From NCBI GenBank assembly GCA_002269645.1, contig NIVC01003991.1:1-49838 (forward strand): 49,838 bases of DNA, given 5' to 3'. The position numbers were made by a program, and so were the translations under genes. Shown in pieces: positions 1 through 12,500 of the stretch. Position 1 is the stretch's first letter. Each line of letters opens with the position of its first letter. The notes under the pieces are model-generated. The model was given only the letters and a program-made list of their open reading frames with translations, had not been told where the DNA came from and made no database searches. This DNA is from Macrostomum lignano. Taxonomy: Eukaryota.

Positions 1-2238
1 TGACAAGCCAATAGTAAACAGTGCTAATTGTGAACATTTTTTCTATTAGTCTTCTGCACTAGGAAAGTTATATAGGGTGTTTGACTTAAAGAAATTATCT
101 AATATGCCTATAGAGATAAAATGCATTGACTACTAGAATGATGCACTCCAATGATACTGTTAATATAGGTTGTCTACTGTCATTTCATCTTGCAGCCTAC
201 ATTGTAGACATATGTCATGTTCTTCACTACTAGTTTGTTGCATAGGTAGTATTGAAGGCAAGATTCTATATAGATAAAATGCTCACTTTTTGTCAAAATG
301 TTGGCACATTTACCAATATGATTTTAGCAATAGCTTATAACAAATAAGCCATTAGAAAGCACAAAACTTTGAGGCAATAGGAGAGCTTGGTGTTGATATA
401 ACTTTTGTTGAATGTTTCTTTAACTTAATAGACTTCATCTGCTTCTTCTACCAAAATGTTCACAAATGGAGTAGGCAAAATTCTATTAAAAGGAACCATA
501 TCCTGAACTGAGGCTGAAAAGGTTGAAAGTTCTATCTATAGCCACAATAGTTGGATGCTTCATAGTTCTAGTTCTATGCTTTATAGTTTGCCACATTTTT
601 GGACCAATTAATTGCCTGCCCTTGCATGGTCTATATTCTCAAATAAGGAAATAAAGGCCAAATTACCATTGAAAAAAAATGCTTATGGCCTTATTGCTAA
701 GTTATTTTCAAAGGGAATTTTTGCTGATATGGTGAATTTTCTATATGGCAGCACCTGGTGTAAGTGTAGGCCTAGCTATAGCCATAGGCCTTATATTATT
801 TATAAAATAATAAGAAAGGCCAAATAATAATATTTAAGTTTGCATAATGTATCTAGGATTTTTCAACTTTAGGATGCTTGGGGGATACAGTATATAGATT
901 TCAGTTGAATACATAATTAAATTTAGTTGAATTCATTGAATTCAGTTTTTAATGGTTTAATAAGTTGTCTTCATAGTAGTGATTCCAATAATGAATAAGT
1001 ATAAAATACGAGTATAAGTATAAGTAGGCATAGGTTGTTATGCCCTAGTATTTTTCCCCTTAAGTAAGCCTAAATATAGTCTATAGCTATATAGTTGTAG
1101 TTCAATATAACTAGATAATAATAGTAATTTGATAACTGAGCTATAGTATAATATTCTATAAAAATGTATCAATATATTAATATAATACTTGCATATCATG
1201 TATTGTCTTAGGACTTAGAACCTTGGTTACCTTCAACTAAGACCTGCAGCTATAATAAGCATATAGTGGCAAGCAGATTGTTCTAGATGGGATTCAATGA
1301 TCAAATCCAGTAGGCCTACTGGAATCATTAGCTATAGCACCACTTCTATATCACAAGATTAGGCAAGAACAGTGTTGGGCACTATTAATGATAATCTTAA
1401 CTTCCATTAATGGCAAATGTGTTAGAATTAAAAAAGTCTTAACTTATTAATTCCTAAGTTTGCTATGGTAACTGATAATGATTAATATGCATTAATCCAT
1501 TAACATTAACACAGAACATAAAGGAGTTTTGCACTTTTTTACAACAACAAACTTCATAATGCACTGTCTTTGGCTTTCCATTTTCTCAGCTGACGCAGAA
1601 AGGTTTTCCAAGTGATTTACAATTTATTAAGTAACAAATAATAAGAAAAAGAAACTTCTTTATTTGAAAATGTAAGGTTAATTATTATTAAAATATGAAC
1701 ATGTAGGCTGTTTTAGTAGCACTAGCAGGTGCAACAGAAATTTACGGAAGATTGGTAATATATGTAAAGAAATGAATCAAGTAATGGTTGTGTAAGCAAT
1801 AATTAGTTCATATTTAAATAATGAATTTAGTTTATAAACCCAAACAGCTTAGGGTCTATATTTGAAATTTTATATCTTCTGACCCTCTGTAGACCTTAAC
1901 AGTTTACAGTGTAAATAAGCATAGGATAGAAATGGAAGTGTTGGGTCTCCAGTGTAGTATTTGCTATTCTTCCTTAGAATAAATGTCTATCTTTAATTTT
2001 TTAATATTGTTGAACAACTAGAATAAGTGTCAGACGAATGTTTTATTATCTTGTCTTGATTGTCTTGGCAATTGGACAATAACCATTTATTTATAATCCT
2101 TCAATTCTGTAAATCGGGTATAACTGGGAAAAACCTATTTGAGGGGGTAGCCCAGCTATGATTGTAGTGCTGCGATTAACACTTGAAAGTACATTATGCA
2201 TTATGCATTGTTTGCATGCTCTACTAGAAGCAACAGCA

Positions 2239-2561
2239 ATGGCCCAAAAAGCGGCAAGCAGCAGCAATTACATGAAACGGATGGCCTATCTGTCTGGCCG
2301 AATTTTTGTTGACTTCGCTCGGCCAACGTCTTCTCAGGATCGCAATGTAGCCAGGCGACTGATGGCGGAGCCGTGGGGCCGGCAGCGGGCTGGCTGGTAC
2401 CGCCGCTGGACAGCTTCAGCTCGATATTCCGCAGCCTGCGCTCTATGGGCGTGTTCAGGGACGAGTACCGGGACTTCCAGGAGGAGATGGACCGGCTTAG
2501 AAAACTGCGCGGCAAAGATTCTAAGCATACTCCGTATTTTAATCGGCAAAAGAAAGACTGA
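2239..2561 (+). CDS. MRPS33: Mitochondrial small-subunit ribosomal protein S33, single exon, with a 1-nt deletion at about 2400
   Basis: Two frames join into MAQKAASSSNYMKRMAYLSGRIF..RPTS..WY[P]PLDSFSSIFRSLRSMGVFRDEYRDFQEEMDRLRKLRGK. This matches the MRPS33 motifs (RLFG..RPT, WYP, LR.LGL(Y/F)RDEH.DF.EE..RL+KLRGK). One base is missing at TGGTAC-CGCCG. Confidence 0.88.
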
Positions 2562-2632
2562 TTCGTTCATTCACCAGTTATGGTTATTACACATAATTTG
2601 AGTGACGTTATTTGTATAGATTTCATAGGCTC

Positions 2633-2638
2633 AATAAA
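2633..2638 (+). promoter_or_regulatory. Putative poly(A) signal of MRPS33
   Basis: AATAAA about 70 nt downstream of the stop codon. Confidence 0.5.
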
Positions 2639-3181
2639 AGTTCATTAGCTTTTGAGCATTTCAATCAGCAAGCATCAATATGTGTTGGACTTTCTTAATT
2701 ATTTCTGTTACAAATTCTCAGTTTAATTTGTCACTCTTTAGCTGCGTACTAACCGTGACCAACTCTGCTTAACTTGTAATAGGCTGGCTGCCGACGCGCA
2801 AAACTCCTTGGCCACTCTCCCATTCCCCCCTGATACTTAACGAGCTGGGCAATTTCCATTAATTGAAATTCGTTTGAAATTGTTTCTAGTCTAAAAGTAC
2901 GTATATCTGTACTTTAACCCACCAGTACTTAGTACGTAGTACAAGCATAGACACTGCCACAAATGATCATGTATGTAGAATTTATAAGAGATATTGTGAT
3001 AGTGTTTCGTATTGCAAATGTTTCCGATCTTACAAAATATTGTATTTTAAGCTACTTACTAAGTAGTATAAAGCTTCGACTATTCTTTTTATAAAAAATT
3101 CATGCCCACAATTTCATCGCTGCTTTCTACACAGCTACTGACAGTAGTGCAGTTGATTTAAAATCTCGCGGTTGTGCTAGA

Positions 3182-3571
3182 ATGTTCTCCACAAACGCCA
3201 GCATCCCGGCCGGGGCTGGCGGCGGCGTCATGGACCACCTGTTCCCGCCATTGTCCAGTGCTTCGTGGTCATCCTCACCGGCTACGCCGCCTGTCGCACC
3301 GGCCTACTGCCGGAGAGTCAAGCCAAAGGCCTTGGCCGTTTCGTTAGCACTTTTGCATTGCCGTCGCTTATATTTAGATTTATGGTTACAATAGATTTGT
3401 CAGGTGTTAGCTGGGCCTTTCTAGGCTCCATTCTGGCTACTAAAGTTCTGGTGTTCGCCTCTGTGGCGCTGTTCAGCTTCCTGCTGGCCTCCGAGCACCG
3501 GCTGGCGATTGCCGGCATACTGGGCATCTTCTGCACTCAGACTAACGATTTCGCGCTGGGCTATCCTATAT
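3182..3571 (+). CDS. GPR155: GPR155 exon 1 (transporter TM1-4), contains the 1-nt deletion
   Basis: ATG at 3182; frame shifts at TTCCCGCC; donor GTGAGC at 3572. Confidence 0.88.
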
Positions 3572-6500
3572 GTGAGCTAATGGCCACACCTGTTGCTGGG
3601 CCACCGCCTCCCAGATCCTCAGTTGCTGGACCAGCCTCCTAGATCTTCAACTGCTGGGCCACCCTCCCAGATCCTCAGTTGCTGGGCCAGCCTCTCACTT
3701 GCTGGGCCAACACCCCAGATCCTCAGTTGCTGGGCCAGCCTCTCAGATCCTCAGTTACTGGGCCAGCCTCTCAGATCTTCAGTTACTGGGCCAGCCTCTC
3801 AGATCCTCAGTTGCTGGGCCAGCCTCCCAGATCCTCAGTTGCTCGGCCAGACTCTCAGATCCTCAGCTGCTGGGCCAGCCTCCCAGATTCTCAGTTGCTG
3901 GGCCAGCCTCCGAGATCCTCAGTTGCTGGGCCAGCCAGCCTCCTAGATCCTCAGTTGCTGGGCCAGCCTCCTAGATCCTCAGCTGCTGGGCCAGCCTCCC
4001 AGATCCTCAGCTGCTGGGCCAGCCTCCCAGATCCTCAGCTGCTGGGCCAGCCTCCCAGATCCTCAGTTGCTGGGCCAGCCAGCCTCCTAGATCCTCAGTT
4101 GCTGGGCCAGCCTCCCAGATCCTCAGCTGCTGGGCCAGCCTCCCAGATCCTCAGTTGCTGAACCGGCCTCCCAGATCCTCAGCTGCTGGGCCAGCCTCCC
4201 AGATCCTCAGCTGCTGGGCCACCAACCTCACGAATTCCCAGCTGGAGCCACTATTCCAAAAATTAATCCCCATTTGTTCCAAGAGAGCAGCCGCATAAAA
4301 CACACGCTTCCGCGCCCACCCACTCTGCATTTCAGTGAACATCCTGTTCCCGTCAATAACCCGCTACCTGTACCTGTTCGCTCCAATCTCATTCCTGATT
4401 ATCAATCCAATTGGTTTCATAATGATCGAGATTGACCGGGCTCTGTCAGCGGCAAGTGCTGGAGCAGCAGCTGATGACCAGCTGTCCGGCTCTGAGCCCG
4501 GACAACTGGCAGCCAATAGCGATTGCGCTGCTGTTAAAGAGTCCAGCCAGCCAGAGACTAACAATCGGCAGCGCTGCTTAGATGTGCTAGGCGACATTGC
4601 CAAAGGCGTCCTACTCAACCCGTTAGTATTCATGTCCGCTCTTGGCGTCATATTCAATTTCATCTGCTCCAGACGCCTGCCAGAGATAGTGGACTCTGTG
4701 TTATCCATATTTGGCAATGCGTTCAGCGCTACAGCACTATTCTATTTGGGCGTTAATATGGTTGGAAAAACTGCCCAGCTGCGATCCGTGTCTCTGCTAT
4801 TCGGACTAATGCTAATTCTCATTATTAAATTGCTTATAGCGCCATTTGTTATGAGAGAGTTAGTGCAGAGCTTCAGGCCTGGTGTCTATGCTAACGATAC
4901 TCTGGCCTACTCAACCTTTGCCTTCCTCTATGGCGCCCTGCCACCGGCTCCAACTGTGTTCGTCTATACTGCCCAGTTCTCCATCGCTAGTCCGGCACCG
5001 GAACTAGTAGCTTCCGGCCTAGTCTCTAGTACATTCCTGTGCGCTCCGCTTATGTACATCTCGTCTCGGCTGATTCTGCTGCCGATTATGTCGCCAACAG
5101 ACTATGAACAGTTCATTTCTCACACGTCAATCAATGTCAGCTTGGTTAGCTTGGCTTGTCAACTTGTCACTCTAGCTTATTTATTATTAAGTAGGCGAGC
5201 ATTTCGGGTGCCTCATCTGTTCTTGCTCAGCCTGCTAGCTTGTCACTGTGTCACCTGTCTGGCCATGGTAGTGTCCCAGGCTTTACCGCAGGATCCTTCT
5301 CGTCATCAGCTTAATCTTCTACAATTTGTTGCCTTCTTCTTTGGCGTTGTTGGCACTAGAATTTGGACAGCCGTGCTAGCCGTATCCATGCTACTACTGC
5401 GAATGCGCGGACTGTGCTATGTACTGAAGTACAAGGCGTACTTTTTCTTTACCGGATTTGGGTGAGTGCTATTTATTGTTACTTGTGGAATGTCGACTTA
5501 ACTTCAGGCTGTTCTCGACTAAATGCAGCAGCAGGGGGTTGGTTTATGGCCCAGTCTCGGGGTTGGTTTATGGCCCAGTCTCGGGGTTGGTTTATGGCCC
5601 AGTCTCGGGGTTGGTTTATGGCCCAGTCTTGGGGTTGGTTTATGGCCCAGTCTCGGGGTTGGTTTATGGCCCAGTCTCGGGGTTGGTTTATGGCCCAGTC
5701 TCGGGGTTGGTTTATGGCCCAGTCTTGGGGTTGTTTTATAGCCCAGTCTTGGGGTTGTTTTATAGCCCAGTCTTGGGGTTGGTTTATGGCCGATTATTGG
5801 GGTTGGAGTTGTTTTATGGCCGAGTCTTGGGGTTGGAGTTGGTTTATGGCCGAGTCTTGGGGTTGGAGTTGGTTTATGGCCGATTCTTGGGGTTGGAGTT
5901 GTTTTATGGCCGAGTCTTTGGTTGGAGTTGGTTCATGGCCGAGTCTTGTGTTGGAGTTGTTTTATGGCCGAGTCTTGGGGTTGGTTTATAGCCGAGTCTC
6001 AGATTAGGTTTATGGGCGAGTCTCGGGTTAGTTTCTGGCCGAGTCTCGGGTCTCTGGTTGTTTTATGGCCGAGTCTAGAATTAGTTTATTGCCGAGTCTC
6101 GGGCTAGGTTTATGGTGGAAAAACACACGGAAAGCCTTAAGCTGACATTAAATCCCCATTTTATCATTAATCCCCGAGAGTGCAAGGAAGGAAGTCTGTC
6201 AGCGTTTCTAGTCGAATTTAGTTAAAAGTTTAAATACATTATTCAGTTGCTACATGTAAATTATGGAGATTATTATCCAAATCCCCCCGTTCCCAATCTT
6301 AAGGCTGACTACATTTCTGGCGGGCATCATGCTGATTTCCACTACCAATGCTGGTCCCGTTAAGGATGTTGATCCTGCATTTCAGTTCGGCAAGCGACAG
6401 GTATCATGTGTACTTAATCATGCAGTTATTTAGCTTCTAATGTTCTGTCCTTTATTTTATCAAATCATCTACCCCTTTTTTCTCTGCCTTCCTCTACAAC

Positions 6501-9500
6501 CTTTACGTCCCTCTGTCTCTTTCTCTCCCCTCTACCCCCTTCTCTCCCTCCTCTCTGCCCCTTTCTCTCCTCTCCCTCCCCTCTACACCTTTCCCTCCTC
6601 TCCCTCCCCTCTACCCCTTTCCCTCCTCTCCCTCCCCTCTACACCTTTCCCTCCTCTCCCTCCCCTCTACCCCTTTCCCTCCTCTCCCTCCCCTCTACCC
6701 CTTTCCCTCCTCTCCCTCCCCTCTACACCTTTCCCTCCTCTCCCTCCCCTCTACCCCTTTCCCTCCTCTCCCTCCTCTCTACCCCTTTCCCTCCTCTCCC
6801 TCCCCTCTACCCTTTCCCTCCTCTCCCTCCCCTCTACCCCTTTCCCTCCTCTCCCTCCTCTCTACCCCTTTCCCTCCTCTCCCTCCCCTCTACCCCTTTC
6901 CCTCCTCTCCATCCCCTCTACCCCTTTCCCTCCTCTCCCTCCCCTCTACCCCTTTCCCTCCTCTCCCTCCCCTCTACCCCTTTCCCTCCTCTCCCTCCCC
7001 TCTACCCCTTTCCCTCCTCTCCCTCCCCTCTACCCTTTCCCCCTCTCCCTCCCCTCTACACCTTTCCCCCCTCTCCCTCCCCTCTACACATTTCCCCCCT
7101 CTCCCTCCCCTCTACCCCTTTCCCTCCTCTCCCTCCCCTCTACACCTTTCTTTCCTCTCCCTCTCTTTTCCACCCATATCTACGCTCGTTATCTCATTCT
7201 GGCCCTTACTTACCTCTAGCATTATAGTCATTCGCTCCCTCCACCCGCACCCACACAGTACATATTCACAACAGCCGTGCTGGTGCCCTGCCTAGTCTGC
7301 ACCGTGGCCTCCCTCGTGCTGCACCACCGGCTGAGCTACCAGCCAAGACCTGGCTACGAGAGCCTGCCAGCCTCCGACGAAGAGGCCGACGGTTTGCCGG
7401 CAGCGTCAACTGATAACTCATTTGGCGACGATTCCTACGCCGGCGAGGCTAGCGGCATCGGATCGCCGGAATTCTCTGTGCAGGTAGGCAGAGAGGCTTG
7501 GTGATGTTCTCTTTGCCCTGTATGCTCAATGCAGCTCTGGGTTTAGTGTCTGGCCTGGCAACACTAACGGGCGTCAATACTTTTAGTTTTGGTACGGGGC
7601 TTGTGCATTGGCTTGAAAATTGAGATTAGGTTAAGCACCATCGGCAAAGGTTAGTACGCATATATAATCAGCCCGAAGGCAGGCATCATGTTAGTTTTGC
7701 AGGGTAAGGTAGGGGCTCTGGGCGCTGCCGAAACTCAATGCAAAAGTCGTTCTGCAGCAAGGGTCTTGTGTTGGTTTATGGCCGAGTCTCGGGTTAGTTT
7801 ATGCCCGAGTCTTGTCTTAGAGTTGGTTTATGGCCGAGTCTCGGGTTAGTTTATGTCCGAATCTTGTCTTGGAGTTGGTTTATGGCCGAGTCTCGGGTTA
7901 GTTTATGTCCGAATCTTGTCTTGGAGTTGGTTTATGGCCGAGTCTCGGGTTAGTTTATGTCCGAGTCTTGTCTTGGAGTTGGTTTATGGCCGAGTCTCGG
8001 GTTACTTACTTACTTACTTACTACTGACGGGGGGCGCAGGCGCCGCGAATAGGCCGCGAGGCCCCTATCGCAACCCCAAGGTAAAAGAGCACAAGGATTA
8101 GCCTTGGGGGTGCGCCCAGTCCCCGCCAGTAGTCGGCAGGTCCGCAGTGGAGGCATCGGCGACCCTCATCCGGCCGGAGTCCCGGACGAAGGCGCGGAGG
8201 TCTCGGATATTGTCCGCGGTGGTCAGCTCGTCCATCCGCTGGGGGTGGCCGAGGTATTTGTGCCGCGCCTTGTTGAAGTAAGGGCAGAAGGTGACGTGAT
8301 GCTCCGCGGTCTCCTCTCCTATGCCACAGAAGGGACAGGTGGGAGGGCAACCGGTTTGCAACGATATATGTCTCTGGAAGAATCCGTGGCCGGTTAGGAC
8401 CATGCACATCTCCCTGAGGTCGGTTCTGTTAAGCGAAATCAGATAATCAGAGACTTTCCTGTTCAGGTTAGGCATGGCAGAGCGGCTCTGCCTGTACTCG
8501 GTGCAGCTGTTCCAGTGGAGCTGGTGCTGCTGATGGAGCCACCTGTTGATATGGCGGGTGACTTGCGACCTGGGGGTGGGTAGCCTCATCAGACGGTGGT
8601 TGCCGTCTGGGTTGCTGCCCTCCTTGGCGAGAGAGTCCGCGAGCTCGTTGCCCAGGATGTTGCTGTGACCAGGTGTCCAGATAATTCTAATCCTGTTAAG
8701 GACTGAGAGAGATTGCACACTGCGGTGGCATTGAGATACTGTAGCAGCGGAGATATTCTCAGTGGTTAAGGCCTTAATAGCAGCTTGGCTATCAGTGTAG
8801 AAATTAATGTCAAAATTATTAATGTTCGCCTGAAACAGTTGCTGGGCACACTGCTCAATGGCGCAAATTTCAGCTTGGAAAACTGAGGTGTTCTCACCGA
8901 GGTGCAGACTTTCCTGGAGAAGCATCTTACCCTCGTGGAAAATGGCAATACCCGCTCCAGCGCGGCCGTTGAACAGCGAGCCGTCGGTGAAGCAGTGAAT
9001 GCCCTGGCTGCGCCGGTTCACACCGACATCCAGCGGAATGTTGTCTCGGCCAGGGATGGCGGTCTTGAAGCCCCTCCTGATGTTGAGGGCGGGAGGTCGA
9101 CTATCCACATTGCCCAGGTCCATGTGGATGTTGTTAAGGTCGCGGCGGACAAAGTCCATATGCGGGATTAATGTTTTCATTGGCATAAAGCCAGAGGGCG
9201 CGTTATTTAACGTTTTATCTCTGATAAGCCGGGAGGCAGACTTCATAGCCTCCGCCCTAATAAATAGGTGAAGCGGAGGTAGGTTAAGGATAGTGTTCAG
9301 CCCCTCGTAAGGGGTGGACGGGTACGCACCTGTGATGGCACGGCAAATGCTGCCCTGAAGCTGGTACAGCCGCTGACGGGCGGCCTTCTGCTCCAGCACG
9401 CTAGTCCAGATGAGACTCGCGTATGTGATACTGGGCCGGATGATGCCGGTATAAATCCAACGGACCGTACTAGGCGAGAGGCCCCAAGTCGGCCCGATGG

Positions 9501-12500
9501 CTCTGCGCAGCTGGGCAAAGCAGCGTTTTGCCCGACCGATGACGTTATCAAGGTGCTTCGTCCAGCGCAGGTCATGCGTTAGCGTCACACCGAGGTATTT
9601 GACCTCCTTCTTGAAGGGGATGTTTCTGCCATAGACAGTGAGGTTTTTCATCTCCCATTTACGGCGCTTGGTGAAAACGACAGCGACAGTCTTAGTGACG
9701 CTGATTTTTAGGCCATGCTGTGTAGCCCAGTCGGCCGCCTTGTCGGCGAATTGCTGCATCAGGTTGCGCAGAGTGGCGGGGTCGGGTCCGCTGACGACCG
9801 CGGCAACGTCATCGGCGTAGCCCGCCCTGGTGATACTGCTGGGAATGTCAGCGGTTAGAAGTTCGTCCATGACGAGATTCCAGAGAAGTGGAGTTAGCAC
9901 GCCACCTTGCGGGCCGCCTTTCATCACCGCCCGGGTGAGGGTAACGCCCATAAGTGTGGATGTCACAAACCTTTTGCGGATCATAAAATAAATCCAGCGA
10001 ACAATGCTGTGTCTTACATTCCTGCGGGAAAGAGAATTTCTGAAGGAGCGGAAGAGGACATTGTCAAATGCTCCTTCGAAGTCAACGAACAACCCGCAAG
10101 CGAGTTGTTTGCTAAGGATGGCACTCTCAATTTTGGAGGTAATGGCGTGGAGAGCATGCTCAGTCGTCCTCCCAGGCTGGAAGGCGTACTGGTACTTACT
10201 GACAGGGTCGGAGCGCAGGTCGCACTCTCGAAGCCTCCACAGGATGAGCCTCTCCATCAGCTTAACACAAAAGGAAGTGAGGCTGATGGGCCGGAAGGAT
10301 TTCACGTTGGTGTAGTCACCCTTAGCAGGTTTCGGGTTGTTTATGTCCGAGTCTTGTCTTGGAGTTGGTTTATGGCCGAGTCTCGGGTTAGTTTATGTCC
10401 GAGTCTTGTCTTGGAGTTGGTTTATGGCCGAGTCTCGGGTTAGTTTATGTCCGAATCTTGTCTTGGAGTTGGTTTATGGCCGAGTCTTGGAGTTAGTTTA
10501 TGTCCGAGTCTTGTCTTGGAGTTGGTTTATGGCCGAGTTTTGGGGTTAGTTTATGTCCGAGTCTTGTCTTGGAGTTGGTTTATGGCCGAGTTTTGGGGGT
10601 TTGTTTATGCCCCACAGCCAGCTAGAAGGTAAGCAGTCATGTCCAGTCCGCCGACCCCTGAGCAAACATCAGGGTGTACAACGGCCCTGACTCTCATCAA
10701 CTCACACACTGCATCAGGAATCGAACCCTGGGTCATTGGCAAAGAGAGTAAGAAAGGAAAAAAGAAAGAAAAATACATATCCAGATATTTTTACAATATA
10801 AGATCTCTATATTTATTTGCCTCATTCCGATTTATTTTTTTTTAATCAAATAATCAAGTTCTCAGACGCACCCGATGCGGCCATCGATTCGGACGAATAT
10901 TCGGTAATTTATATACACCTGTATATGAATCTATTAATGATAGATTAGATTAATAAGTTGATGGTTGGTTATTGTGTTGGTTTGTGTTTTCATTTTTTGT
11001 AGCTGTTTTGTTTTGCTTTTTTATGGTTTGCACGAGTTTATTGCTAATTGTGTGCACTGTTACGGTATAAAGAGTGTTTTAATTGACTCCCATTCGGTAC
11101 AATCAGCCTGATTTCAAGGCTATGCTACATGCCTGAACACCTGGAAAATGGGCAGAAAACCAGGCGCACTTTAAGCGACATTGTCACTCAACCGGCGAGA
11201 GGCATTGCTGTCCATTCCGCCGACTCCCCTGAGCAGGCACACAAGCGCGCGGATACGTACGCAGTCATACGCACAGGCACACACTCACACAGGAGTGTAC
11301 AGCGGCCCTAACTTTATTTATCGTTAGGCATGTAAACTTCACTGTGCCTTGAAGGTTGGCTCTCAAGGCCGTTAATTGCACGAGCAGAGCCAAGCCGAGA
11401 TTCCAATTTAGCCCCAAATTAATGTGACTGCACTTGGAATCGAGCCTGGGCCGCTGGCGCATCAGAGCACCTCGCTATACCACTGGGCAACAGTACTACC
11501 TTGCATGCAAAGCTTATTTATATTTTCGACACAAAATTTAACACATGTTGTCTTTTTATGTGTGTGTGTGTGTGACTGTGTGGCTTATAAAAGTACGTGT
11601 AGTACTTACATACTAATACAATATTAGTTTTTTATGCATATATATAAGCACATTGGATAACAGTATTAGCAATAGAACTAGTGACAAACCAAGTGCTTTA
11701 TATATTTGGTTTGGAATAACTCAAATAAGGTAGGGATTTAAATAGGAAAAGAAACTCTTGATGGCTTCTATAAATAGAAATTCCTTTGGTTTGTATTATA
11801 AAATCGACATGTATCTGTGTAATAAAATAGTTTGATGTTTAATCTTAATGCTTATCGTGATCTGAAACAGTTAGCGTCACTTTGCATAACAATGCCGGCT
11901 AAAAAATGCGCTACTTACTACTGCTCACCCAAATTTGTGTTTGCAACAAAACTTCAAACGCCTCGCGCATTGTTGTGCTGTTAATAGAAGTCGGAATTTA
12001 TCTAACATTAGAGCCTGACTACTGATAGTAAGATAGCATTCATTTTTTACTTTAAATAAAAAGAAAATGTGCGCACCGCTGCTGAATATCATAGGAGAAT
12101 GGCGAGTCGGGCCCGATGGAGCGGCACCTGCAGCAGCAGCATGCGGCCTATGTGTCCCGCCGTATGTGCTCCCAATCAGTTGGCTGCCAATCGATCGAAG
12201 AGCGAGCCAGGTGTACCAGACAGCTATTGAATTATCGGCATCGAAGTCCTCGACTGCGTCGGGAGGAGATTGTGACGCCAGATGAGGAATTCCTGACGGC
12301 TAGGTGATTGTTGCTATCTGGCAAAATGGTCCTTTTATGTCTATGCTAGTGCTGGGGTTTAGAATTTATGGATTTTTAGGTGTTTAGATTAGAATAAATT
12401 AAAGTTTGTTAATAATTTTGTTGGTGTGTTTACGATTCTAGTGGGTGTGTTTACGATTCTAGTGGGTGTGTTTACAATTCTAGTGGGTGTGTTTACGATT

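Noticed and set aside
60-660. Minus-strand peptide fragments resembling a MULE-type transposase (VAIDRTFNL) or a LINE C-terminal knuckle (ICLQCRLQDE)
   Set aside because: Short, surrounded by stops and without a second motif in the right order; would need TBLASTX/HMM support.
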